Shown: piece by piece, positions 8,378-16,274 of the stretch | Numbering within the stretch: the stretch's first letter is position 1 | Layout of the letters: each line of letters opens with the position of its first letter | The notes under the pieces: model-generated | What the model was told of the DNA's origin: nothing | Database searches by the model: none | What the model saw: the letters and a program-made list of their open reading frames with translations, nothing else | DNA from: Pirellula sp. SH-Sr6A | GTDB taxonomy: Bacteria > Planctomycetota > Planctomycetia > Pirellulales > Pirellulaceae | Direction: 5' to 3' | Length of the DNA: 32,000 bases | Assembly: GCF_001610875.1 (NCBI RefSeq) | Contig: NZ_CP011272.1 | Coordinates: 662,397-694,396 of the forward strand | Position numbers and translations under genes: made by a program

Positions 8378-10579
8378 ATGCGTGGACTGCAAAAATGGTT
8401 GGCTTGTGGATTGATCGCACAAAGTGCGATGGCGGTGGGCGCGACCCACTCGCATGCCCAAGAATTCGCCGAGAATACCTCTCTTCGATTTGTCCCGCGA
8501 GACGCGGATCTCTATGTAGGCTCGTACAAGCAATCGCAACAATGGCAGGCATTCGTCAATGGCCCGGTTGCAAAGAAGTTTTTGAGCTTGCCCGTGGTGC
8601 AAGAAAACTGGAAGACGTTTCTTTCCCAATGGAATGAACGCGATGGTCAAATGGCGACCGCACGCATGGTGTTGGAGAACCCCAACGCAAAAGACGCCAT
8701 CGAATTCATGTCGAAACTCGCATCCGAGGAATCGTTCTTCTTCATCGACAAAAATCTTTCAGCCTGGCTCAAGGTAAGCGGGGAGCTCAACGATGAAATC
8801 CGTAAACTTGCCGAACAACCCGATGCACCACCAGAAGAAACAGCAAAGAAACTATTCAAGATTTGGGTGAGCCGCATCGAAAGCGTTCAAATTCCTACGA
8901 TGGTGATGGGCGCCAAGTGCGATGACGAAGATTTGGCGATGACCAAGGTGGATCAGCTGGAAGCGCTCATCCAACTGGGAACTCAATTCAACCCGGAGAC
9001 GGCCCCCTTTGGACGATTTGTCAAACGAGTCGACGACGATCGCGGTTCCCGATTGACCGTTGAACTAAGTGGCAAGCAGATTCCGTGGGACACCATCCCC
9101 ACCAATGAAGGGTTCGACGAAGAGACCAAGGCACAACTTCAAAAAGCGCTCGCTTCGAGAACGGTGGCGCTGACGATCGGAACGCTCGACAAGTACTTCA
9201 TCGTTGCCTTCTCGGAACGCAGCAAAGATCTTCTCAATCTGGGGAAGGCCGAAAGCTTGGCCAGCCATCCCGATTTGAGCCCCGTTCGCAATGCTGGCTC
9301 CAATCCCATCACTTCGATCAGTTATGTTTCCGATGCATTTGCCATGGCAAACTACGAGGCCCAGGTGAAGGATCTCTTCACCAAGAACTTCGCGGCGGTA
9401 ACGATGCAGCTCGAACGAATCCAAAGCGAATCCCCTGGGATTGCGAATATTTTGAAGGACGTTCGAAGCGATCTGGCGTGGCTCGACACGGAAATGGCGA
9501 AACTGATTCCGCCATCCAAAGGAGCGACCTCCTATTCTTTCCTTACGCCTAAGGGTTGGGAGCAAGTCACACATACACGGACCAAGAACCTCTTGCTCGA
9601 TGGAACCGCAGCATTGAGCGGGTTGAACCATGTCGGTGGCTCTCCCATCGTGATGGTCGTGACGCGTGTCCAAAAGCACCCCGAGCACTTTGAACTGGTG
9701 AAAACGATTGTGTCCAAAGGGAAAAAGTACTTGGATCAATTCGTGGAGCTCGAGCTTTTGGAGGGAGACGACCAAGCGAAGCTTCGGGAATCAAAAGAAG
9801 CCCTCGACAAGGCTTGGCCGTTGGTGGTTCGCCTCTCCAACGCTTGGGAGAACTCGTTTGCTCCATCCCTCGATGGTGAAAGCGGTTTGGTTCTCTCCTA
9901 TGGCAATCTGGCTGCGAAACAGTGGATGCAGGATATGCCACCGTCCGATGTTCCCCTTCCATTGCCCGAGATAGCCACCATCACGAAGGTTACCGATTCG
10001 GAAAAATTGAAGGAAGGTTTTCTGGAGGTCTTTGATGTCTTCGATGAGGTTGTCGCACTCGCTCGAGAAACAAATCCCGACGCGATTCCGAGCGACTACC
10101 GCGTTCCACGACCGACCGAGGTTGCCTCCACGGTAGGAGAAAAGTACGGCTATCCCATTCCCGAGGACTGCCCGGTTCCGAAGACCATGATGCCCCAAGC
10201 CTTGATCCACGACGGTTACCTCATCATCTCGTATTCCGACGTGCAGACCGAAACCCTCGCGAAATCGACTTCGTTAGCCGTTGGAAAGGGTGTGATCGAC
10301 GCTTCGAAGCCACTTGCGAATGCGTCTTACGTTCACTTTGGAAAACTCTTCGCGATGTTTCGGCCTTGGGCGCGCTACGCGTTCACCCAAACCATTCCCG
10401 ATACGGACGCGTCTCTCCTCGACGCACCAGATCCGATGCTCCAAGAGTACACACTCACTGCAAACGATCTTTTGAGTCTTTGGAGTACGGTCGAGGCGTT
10501 GGGCGAGATCTCCAGCACCACCTCGATCGGGAGCAATGGCGAAACGGTGACACGTTCGGTTTACACCCAAGCGGAGTAG
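8378..10579 (+). CDS. Large secreted hypothetical protein
   Basis: I prefer the ATG at 8378 over the GTG at 8369 because AGGAG (8365-8369) lies 8 nt upstream. The N-terminus MRGLQKWLACGLIAQSAMAVGATHSHAQ is signal-peptide-like. The product is 733 aa with no recognised catalytic motif. Confidence 0.65.
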   Translation: MRGLQKWLACGLIAQSAMAVGATHSHAQEFAENTSLRFVPRDADLYVGSYKQSQQWQAFVNGPVAKKFLSLPVVQENWKTFLSQWNERDGQMATARMVLENPNAKDAIEFMSKLASEESFFFIDKNLSAWLKVSGELNDEIRKLAEQPDAPPEETAKKLFKIWVSRIESVQIPTMVMGAKCDDEDLAMTKVDQLEALIQLGTQFNPETAPFGRFVKRVDDDRGSRLTVELSGKQIPWDTIPTNEGFDEETKAQLQKALASRTVALTIGTLDKYFIVAFSERSKDLLNLGKAESLASHPDLSPVRNAGSNPITSISYVSDAFAMANYEAQVKDLFTKNFAAVTMQLERIQSESPGIANILKDVRSDLAWLDTEMAKLIPPSKGATSYSFLTPKGWEQVTHTRTKNLLLDGTAALSGLNHVGGSPIVMVVTRVQKHPEHFELVKTIVSKGKKYLDQFVELELLEGDDQAKLRESKEALDKAWPLVVRLSNAWENSFAPSLDGESGLVLSYGNLAAKQWMQDMPPSDVPLPLPEIATITKVTDSEKLKEGFLEVFDVFDEVVALARETNPDAIPSDYRVPRPTEVASTVGEKYGYPIPEDCPVPKTMMPQALIHDGYLIISYSDVQTETLAKSTSLAVGKGVIDASKPLANASYVHFGKLFAMFRPWARYAFTQTIPDTDASLLDAPDPMLQEYTLTANDLLSLWSTVEALGEISSTTSIGSNGETVTRSVYTQAE

Positions 10580-10660
10580 TCAGCCGGAAATTCCGACTTG
10601 TTTCGATCGCGCATCCCTCACCAAGGGCCGTGATTTTGGTTTAGAATAGAGTTGTGTGGT

Positions 10661-10686
10661 GGCGAGCCTCTCGTAGGGGGCTCGCC
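10661..10686 (+). terminator. Stem-loop downstream of the 733-aa secreted-protein gene (possible terminator)
   Basis: GGCGAGCC (10661-10668) pairs perfectly with GGCTCGCC (10679-10686) around a 10-nt loop. No U-tract follows, so function as an intrinsic terminator is uncertain. Confidence 0.3.
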
Positions 10687-10761
10687 CCTTGCTGACTGAA
10701 GATTGATTTGACCTACGCCCTCCCCCCCGCCTTCCCTGCCCCGCCTTTCAAGGTCCCTCCG

Positions 10762-13485
10762 ATGGCACGTATTGCAACAAGGCACTTGTTGTTCGTCTCG
10801 TTTTTCGTCTCCGCGCTGGGCACTTTTCCAATCCCTGGTTTGTCCCAACAGGAATCGCAAAAGCCAGTCGTCGCGACGGAAGCCCAATCGAACGATCCCC
10901 CTGCCAGTCTCGTTTTCGAAAAGCAAGTTCGGCCAATCCTCAAAGCCCATTGCTTCCTTTGCCATGGTGAAGAAGCGGAGAAGGGTGGGGAACTGGATCT
11001 GCGACTGGTTCGCCTCATGCAGCAGGGGGGAGAATCCGGGCCTGCGATCGATGTGAGTAATCCGGCAGAATCGCTGCTTCTGCAACGCATCCTCGCCGAT
11101 GAGATGCCGCCGGGCCCCAAGAAGCTGACGACCAACGAGAAGGAGTTGATACGAGAGTGGTTGCAGGGAGGGGCGAAGACTCGACGCCCAGAACCCGAGA
11201 ATCCCAAAGATGTTCGATTCACCGACGAAGAGCTAAGCCACTGGGCTTTTCAACCCATTCGTCGTCCGGAATCGATGGCCCCCGCGTCGGGCGATGAAGC
11301 TTCGGCGCAACGAATCGTGGCGCAGGGGATTGATCAATGGGTATCCCGAACAGCGGAAGCAAACGGCTTCCAACTTGCTCCTCCTGCAGACCGCCATGTG
11401 CTGCTTCGGCGATTGAGTTTCAACTTGACCGGACTCCCTCCGACCCGTGAGGAGCTACAAAGCTTTTTAGCGGACGAAAGTGACGAGGCATACGCGAAGG
11501 TGGTCGATCGCTTATTGGCATCGCCGAATTATGGCGTGCGATGGGGCAGGCACTGGCTCGATGTGGCCGGATATGCGGAAAGCGATGGTCAGATTTTGGG
11601 TGATCGAGCCAGACCGCATGCTTGGAGGTATCGCGATTATGTGGTTGACGCGTTGAATCGAGATCTCCCGTACAGTCAGTTTTTGAGGGAGCAGATCGCC
11701 GGAGATCAGATGGTGGAGGGAACGATCGATCCCAACAATGACGAGCATGCCCGATTGATGGCAGCAACGGGATTCTTGCAGATGGCTCCCGATCTTTCCG
11801 AAACCGAGAACACGATTCTCAATCGAAATCAGACCGTCGCCGACACGATTCAGACTGTGACCTCATCGGTTTTGGGCCTGACTGTGGCGTGTGCCCAATG
11901 TCACGACCATCGCTACGATCCCATTTCTATCGCTGACTATTACAAGCTGCGAGCGATTTTTGACCCGGCGTTACCGCTTCATCAATGGAAGGCACCCACG
12001 CAGCGTCTGATCGATCTCACCAACGATGCGACCAAATCCGAAAGAGCGAAGATTGAGGAGCAAGCGGTAGCATTGCAAGAAGACATTAACGCGCGTCGCA
12101 GAGCTCATTGCCAGACCATTCAAGATCGAGAAATCAACGCAGCTCCCGAGGAAGTCCGCGAGACGCTACGAACGGCCGTTCAAACAGCGGCTAAGGATCA
12201 GACTCCGGAACAAAAAGCTCTCCTGGAGTCGTACCCCAAGGTTCGAACGGTCGATTGGATTGTCGGTCAATTGGTGGAATACGATGGCCCTTCTCACCGC
12301 AAATTCCAAGAAGAGGAAAAGAAAGTCCAAGAGATCCGGGATAGCAAACCGCTCGCTCGATTGGTCATGTCTGCGCAGGACCGGGACAAGAGCGTGAAGA
12401 GTCACGTCTTTTTCCGCGGCAACCCGGAGTCGCCGCAGCAAGAAGTGGAACCCAGCGAACTGGAGGTCCTCTTGCAAAACCGACCTGCCGACGCAAGCAG
12501 AACGATATCAGGGGAGAAACGAAGGCTCGCGTACGCGGAGATGTTGACCGATGGCAATCATCCGCTTGTTGCGCGCGTGATTGTCAATCGAGTGTGGATG
12601 CACCACTTCGGTGCAGGATTGGTTCGGTCGCCGGGTGATTTCGGTTTGAATGGACAACCTCCTACGCATCCCGAATTGCTCGATTACTTAGCCTATGAGT
12701 TCATGGCCCATGGTTGGAGCCTCAAATGGTTGCACCGTCAAATCGTTCACTCCCAAACCTTTCGGCAGGCGTCAGCGCACCCGCAGGATGCACCGGGGGG
12801 TGTCGCACCCGCTCGCGACAGCTGGCACGACGACCCAGAGAATCGTTTTCTGGCTCGCATGTCCCTTCGACGATTGGATGCGGAAGCGGTTCGCGACGCC
12901 GTTCTCGCAGTCAGCGGGCAATTGAATCCGGAGCTGGGTGGGCCGAGCATTCCGGTGGCAGAAGACGACGAAGGGAAGGCCGTGATTGGATCGCGTATTC
13001 TCCGGGATGGGTTGTTCGCGGGAATCAAGGATCCAGGTGAAAACGGCAAACGTCGCAGTATCTATTTAAGCTCGCAGCGATCGATGCAATTGAGTTTGTT
13101 GCAAACGTTCGATTTTCCTGAAATGAAACCGAATTGCCAGCAAAGAACGGTTTCGACCGTGACACCGCAGGCGCTTCTATTGATGAATGACGCTTGGGTG
13201 GTCCAAGCAGCCGAGCAGATGTCCGAGCGTATTTGGTCGGAGGGGGGGGCTCCAGAGGCTCGCGCTCAAACGGCTTTTGAGCTGGCCCTAGGTGTGGCTC
13301 CCAAGCCGACGGAGTTGGCGGGATGCCTTGAGTTCGTTCTGCACCAGAGCGACTTGTTCCGAAAAGACACCGACGAGAAGTGGCAAAAGAAAATCGCTGA
13401 ACAACCGGATGCACCGGACCGTCGGGGGCTCGCCAGCCTTTGTCAGATGTTGATCGCTTCCAATCGATTCTTGTATTTGGAGTAG
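10762..13485 (+). CDS. PSCyt1/PSCyt2/PSD1 protein (planctomycete cytochrome c domain + DUF1549 + DUF1553)
   Basis: Trimmed to MARIATRHLLFVSFFVSALG (signal-like). A CxxCH haem-binding motif CFLCH lies at nt 10951-10965. A DUF1549-like block is present (RRLSFNLTGLPPTREELQSFLAD...LLASPNYGVRWGRHWLDVAGYAESDG), as is the DUF1553-like CAQCHDHRYDPISIADYYKLRAIF. Confidence 0.9.
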   Translation: MARIATRHLLFVSFFVSALGTFPIPGLSQQESQKPVVATEAQSNDPPASLVFEKQVRPILKAHCFLCHGEEAEKGGELDLRLVRLMQQGGESGPAIDVSNPAESLLLQRILADEMPPGPKKLTTNEKELIREWLQGGAKTRRPEPENPKDVRFTDEELSHWAFQPIRRPESMAPASGDEASAQRIVAQGIDQWVSRTAEANGFQLAPPADRHVLLRRLSFNLTGLPPTREELQSFLADESDEAYAKVVDRLLASPNYGVRWGRHWLDVAGYAESDGQILGDRARPHAWRYRDYVVDALNRDLPYSQFLREQIAGDQMVEGTIDPNNDEHARLMAATGFLQMAPDLSETENTILNRNQTVADTIQTVTSSVLGLTVACAQCHDHRYDPISIADYYKLRAIFDPALPLHQWKAPTQRLIDLTNDATKSERAKIEEQAVALQEDINARRRAHCQTIQDREINAAPEEVRETLRTAVQTAAKDQTPEQKALLESYPKVRTVDWIVGQLVEYDGPSHRKFQEEEKKVQEIRDSKPLARLVMSAQDRDKSVKSHVFFRGNPESPQQEVEPSELEVLLQNRPADASRTISGEKRRLAYAEMLTDGNHPLVARVIVNRVWMHHFGAGLVRSPGDFGLNGQPPTHPELLDYLAYEFMAHGWSLKWLHRQIVHSQTFRQASAHPQDAPGGVAPARDSWHDDPENRFLARMSLRRLDAEAVRDAVLAVSGQLNPELGGPSIPVAEDDEGKAVIGSRILRDGLFAGIKDPGENGKRRSIYLSSQRSMQLSLLQTFDFPEMKPNCQQRTVSTVTPQALLLMNDAWVVQAAEQMSERIWSEGGAPEARAQTAFELALGVAPKPTELAGCLEFVLHQSDLFRKDTDEKWQKKIAEQPDAPDRRGLASLCQMLIASNRFLYLE

Positions 13486-13497
13486 GGGACTTTATCG

Positions 13498-15006
13498 ATG
13501 CGCAATCCAGTCAATCATACGCCCCACACCCGAATCACGAGTTCTGGCATGGGAAAACTTTGTTCACGGCGCCATTGGCTACAATCCTCAGCATACGGAT
13601 TGGGTTCGGTGGCTGCCGCCATGTTGCTCGAACAGGATGGTTTGCTCGCACAAGAGGGAGCGCTCAAGAAACCTCCGTTGGAGAAACCTGTATACGATCT
13701 ATCGCCCAAGCAGCCGCCGCGGCCCGCCAAGGCGAAAGCGATGATCTCCATGTTTATGATGGGAGGCCCCAGCCAGATCGATCTGTTCGATCCTAAGCCA
13801 GAGCTGGTCAAACGGGACGGGCAGCAATTCGAAGGGGATATTCGTTTTGATAACGCTGCGCAAGCAAGCCGTCAGATCATGGCCCCTCGATGGGAGTTCA
13901 AACCGCGTGGGGAGTGCGGCATGGAGATTTCGGAGCTCCTCCCCCACACCGCTGGCATCGCCGACGATATCACCTTGATTCGCTCCATGCATTCGGCGGT
14001 GAACAATCATTTCCCTGGGTTCTTTGCCATGAACACGGGAGGGATTGTGGGAGGACGGGCCACGTTAGGTAGCTGGTTAAGCTATGCCCTCGGAAGTGAA
14101 ACTCAGGAGCTGCCGGCTTATGTCGCATTGACGCATCCCTCTGGATTGCCCATCTGTGGCGGTGACAGCTGGACCAACGGTGGGTTGCCATCCATCTACC
14201 AAGGGACGGTGGTTCGACCGACCGAGCCTCGCATGTTCAACTTGAATCCTCCCCCCCATCTGCGAGGTGCGGCTCAGGTTGAGCAATTGCGGTTTCTAGA
14301 GGAGTTCAACCGTCAACACTTGGAACAGTACCCTGGCAATCATGATTTGGAGGCTCGGATCGCCAGCTACCAGCTCGCGGCCAAGATGCAATTGTCAGCG
14401 CGAGAAGCGTTCGACATTTCTGGGGAAACAGCCGAGACTTTGGAAATGTATGGAATAAACAACGACACGACCCGCGACTACGGAACACGTTGTTTGATCG
14501 CCCGTCGGCTGGTGGAACGAGGGGTACGTTTCGTGCAGATCTTTAATAATGGTCAATCCTGGGACCACCATTCGTCGATCGCCACCGAACTTCCCGCACG
14601 ATGTCGGGAGATCGATCAACCAGCTGCGGCGTTGGTAAAGGATTTGAAGCAGCGGGGTTTGCTCGACAGCACGTTGGTTCACTGGGGCGGAGAGATGGGC
14701 CGACTGCCGACCATCCAAGTCCCAGTCGGGGACACCGAACTCAAGAAAGTGGGCCGCGACCATAACACATACGGTTTTAGCATGTGGGTCGCCGGTGCTG
14801 GAATCAAGAGCGGATACGTGCATGGAGAGACCGACGAGTTCTCGCACTATGCGGTAAAGGACCTCGTCACCCATCACGATTGGCTCACCACCGTTCTCGA
14901 TCGATTTGGGCTCGACGCCCAGTCGCTTCATTTCGAAGTGGGAGCGCAAAAACTATCGTTGGTCGAAAACCCCAGTGCGCGAGTCATCCAAGAAATCCTG
15001 GCCTGA
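13498..15006 (+). CDS. DUF1501 (sulfatase-fold-like) protein with twin-arginine signal
   Basis: Starts 12 nt after the PSD gene stop. Tat-like motif SRRHWLQSSAYGLGSVAAA. Family blocks: MMGGPSQIDLFDPKP, HWGGEMGRLP and GRDHNTYGFSMWVAGAGIKSG. An alternative start is Met18 (nt 13549). Confidence 0.9.
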   Translation: MRNPVNHTPHTRITSSGMGKLCSRRHWLQSSAYGLGSVAAAMLLEQDGLLAQEGALKKPPLEKPVYDLSPKQPPRPAKAKAMISMFMMGGPSQIDLFDPKPELVKRDGQQFEGDIRFDNAAQASRQIMAPRWEFKPRGECGMEISELLPHTAGIADDITLIRSMHSAVNNHFPGFFAMNTGGIVGGRATLGSWLSYALGSETQELPAYVALTHPSGLPICGGDSWTNGGLPSIYQGTVVRPTEPRMFNLNPPPHLRGAAQVEQLRFLEEFNRQHLEQYPGNHDLEARIASYQLAAKMQLSAREAFDISGETAETLEMYGINNDTTRDYGTRCLIARRLVERGVRFVQIFNNGQSWDHHSSIATELPARCREIDQPAAALVKDLKQRGLLDSTLVHWGGEMGRLPTIQVPVGDTELKKVGRDHNTYGFSMWVAGAGIKSGYVHGETDEFSHYAVKDLVTHHDWLTTVLDRFGLDAQSLHFEVGAQKLSLVENPSARVIQEILA

Positions 15007-15149
15007 CCTCTCCTGCGAGAAATCTCAGCCCCGAAGCGCCTGGCTCCTCAGACCTTTGGGGACTTGATCGCGTGGCATACTAAATCGACCGATATTCGGG
15101 TATCCTTCGGTGTCCCCAGTTTGTAGCCACGATTGCTTGGAGAATTGAG

Positions 15150-16274
15150 TTGTCCGACGCTTCTGCCCCGCCAGTACCGACCCGTCCCGCCGCTCCGACC
15201 GGGCCGTTGCCCTCTCTGGACGCCGTCCCCATTGATTCGATTCTTCTCGTCTCCTTCGGGGGGCCGGAAGGGATGGATGATGTGATACCGTTTCTGGAAA
15301 ATGTTCTCCGCGGTAAGAATGTCCCGAAGGAACGCATGCTGGAGGTAGCGGATCACTATAGACACTTTGGTGGCATCAGCCCGATCAATCAGCAATGCCG
15401 TGATCTTTTGAAGGCGATACGCGGGGAGTGCCAAGCGCGCGGCATCGATTTGCCCATTTACTGGGGTAACCGCAATTGGCATCCCCTGCTGCCCGACACG
15501 CTTCGCGAGATGGCAAACGAGGGAAAGAAAAGGGCGATCGCCTTTTTCACATCGATGTTTAGCTGCTATAGCGGCTGCCGACAATATCGCGAAAACATCG
15601 CCGATGCTCAGACTGCGGTCGGAGAGAATGCCCCTTTGGTCGAGAAGGTGCGTATGGGATTCAACCATCCCAAGTTCATCGCCGCCCAAGCAGACTGTGT
15701 CCGTGCAGGTTTGGAACAAATCCCTGCACCCGAGCTCGCCACGACCAAATTGCTTTATTGCGCCCACAGTATTCCAATGGGAATGTCGCAATACTCTCGG
15801 TATGTGGAACAGTTGCGTGAAGCGGCTCGACTAGTTTCCGAGGCCGTGGGGCACGGAAATTGGGAGCTGGTGTTCCAAAGTCGCTCTGGGCCTCCTCAGC
15901 AACCTTGGCTCGAGCCCGATGTGTGTGACCGAATCGAGCAACTCGCCAACGAGGAAGGCCTCCAAAGCGTGGTTCTTGTACCGCTCGGGTTTATTTCCGA
16001 TCACATGGAGGTCCTCTACGATTTAGATGAAGAGGCAGCACAACTTTGCAAGGAAAAAGGGATCGGATTTGTGCGCGCCCATTCCGTGGGTATTCACCCA
16101 GAGTTCGTTTCGATGATCGTCGACTTGATCGAAGAGCGACTGGCGACTGGTACGGCGAGGCCGTTTGTTGGCACTTATGGGCCAAGTCACGATCTTTGTC
16201 CAGCGAACTGCTGTCTCTACCCACAGACAGCTCGACCTATGCCAAGTCCATCACAAGTAGTTGAAAAGCGATAG
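15150..16274 (+). CDS. hemH: Ferrochelatase
   Basis: 374 aa. TTG start at 15150 with GGAG at 15139-15142 (7-nt spacing). Blocks ILLVSFGGPEG, SPINQQ, YCAHSIP and LVPLGFISDHMEVLYDLD match ferrochelatase. Pro/Ala-rich N-terminal extension of about 25 aa. Confidence 0.9.
   Translation: MSDASAPPVPTRPAAPTGPLPSLDAVPIDSILLVSFGGPEGMDDVIPFLENVLRGKNVPKERMLEVADHYRHFGGISPINQQCRDLLKAIRGECQARGIDLPIYWGNRNWHPLLPDTLREMANEGKKRAIAFFTSMFSCYSGCRQYRENIADAQTAVGENAPLVEKVRMGFNHPKFIAAQADCVRAGLEQIPAPELATTKLLYCAHSIPMGMSQYSRYVEQLREAARLVSEAVGHGNWELVFQSRSGPPQQPWLEPDVCDRIEQLANEEGLQSVVLVPLGFISDHMEVLYDLDEEAAQLCKEKGIGFVRAHSVGIHPEFVSMIVDLIEERLATGTARPFVGTYGPSHDLCPANCCLYPQTARPMPSPSQVVEKR

Noticed and set aside
13242-13249. G8 homopolymer inside the PSD gene, plus C7 tracts at 8162-8168, 10722-10728 and 14251-14257, as phase-variation sites
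   Set aside because: The tracts encode Gly-Gly or Pro-Pro in frame, or lie in a leader (10722-10728). Their length is unremarkable for GC-rich DNA with Pro/Gly-rich proteins. There is no evidence of a frameshifted copy.
15029-15061. Possible terminator hairpin after the DUF1501 gene (CCCCGAAG ... CTTTGGGG)
   Set aside because: The 8-bp stem includes a G-U wobble, the loop is 17 nt and no U-tract follows. This is too weak to call.
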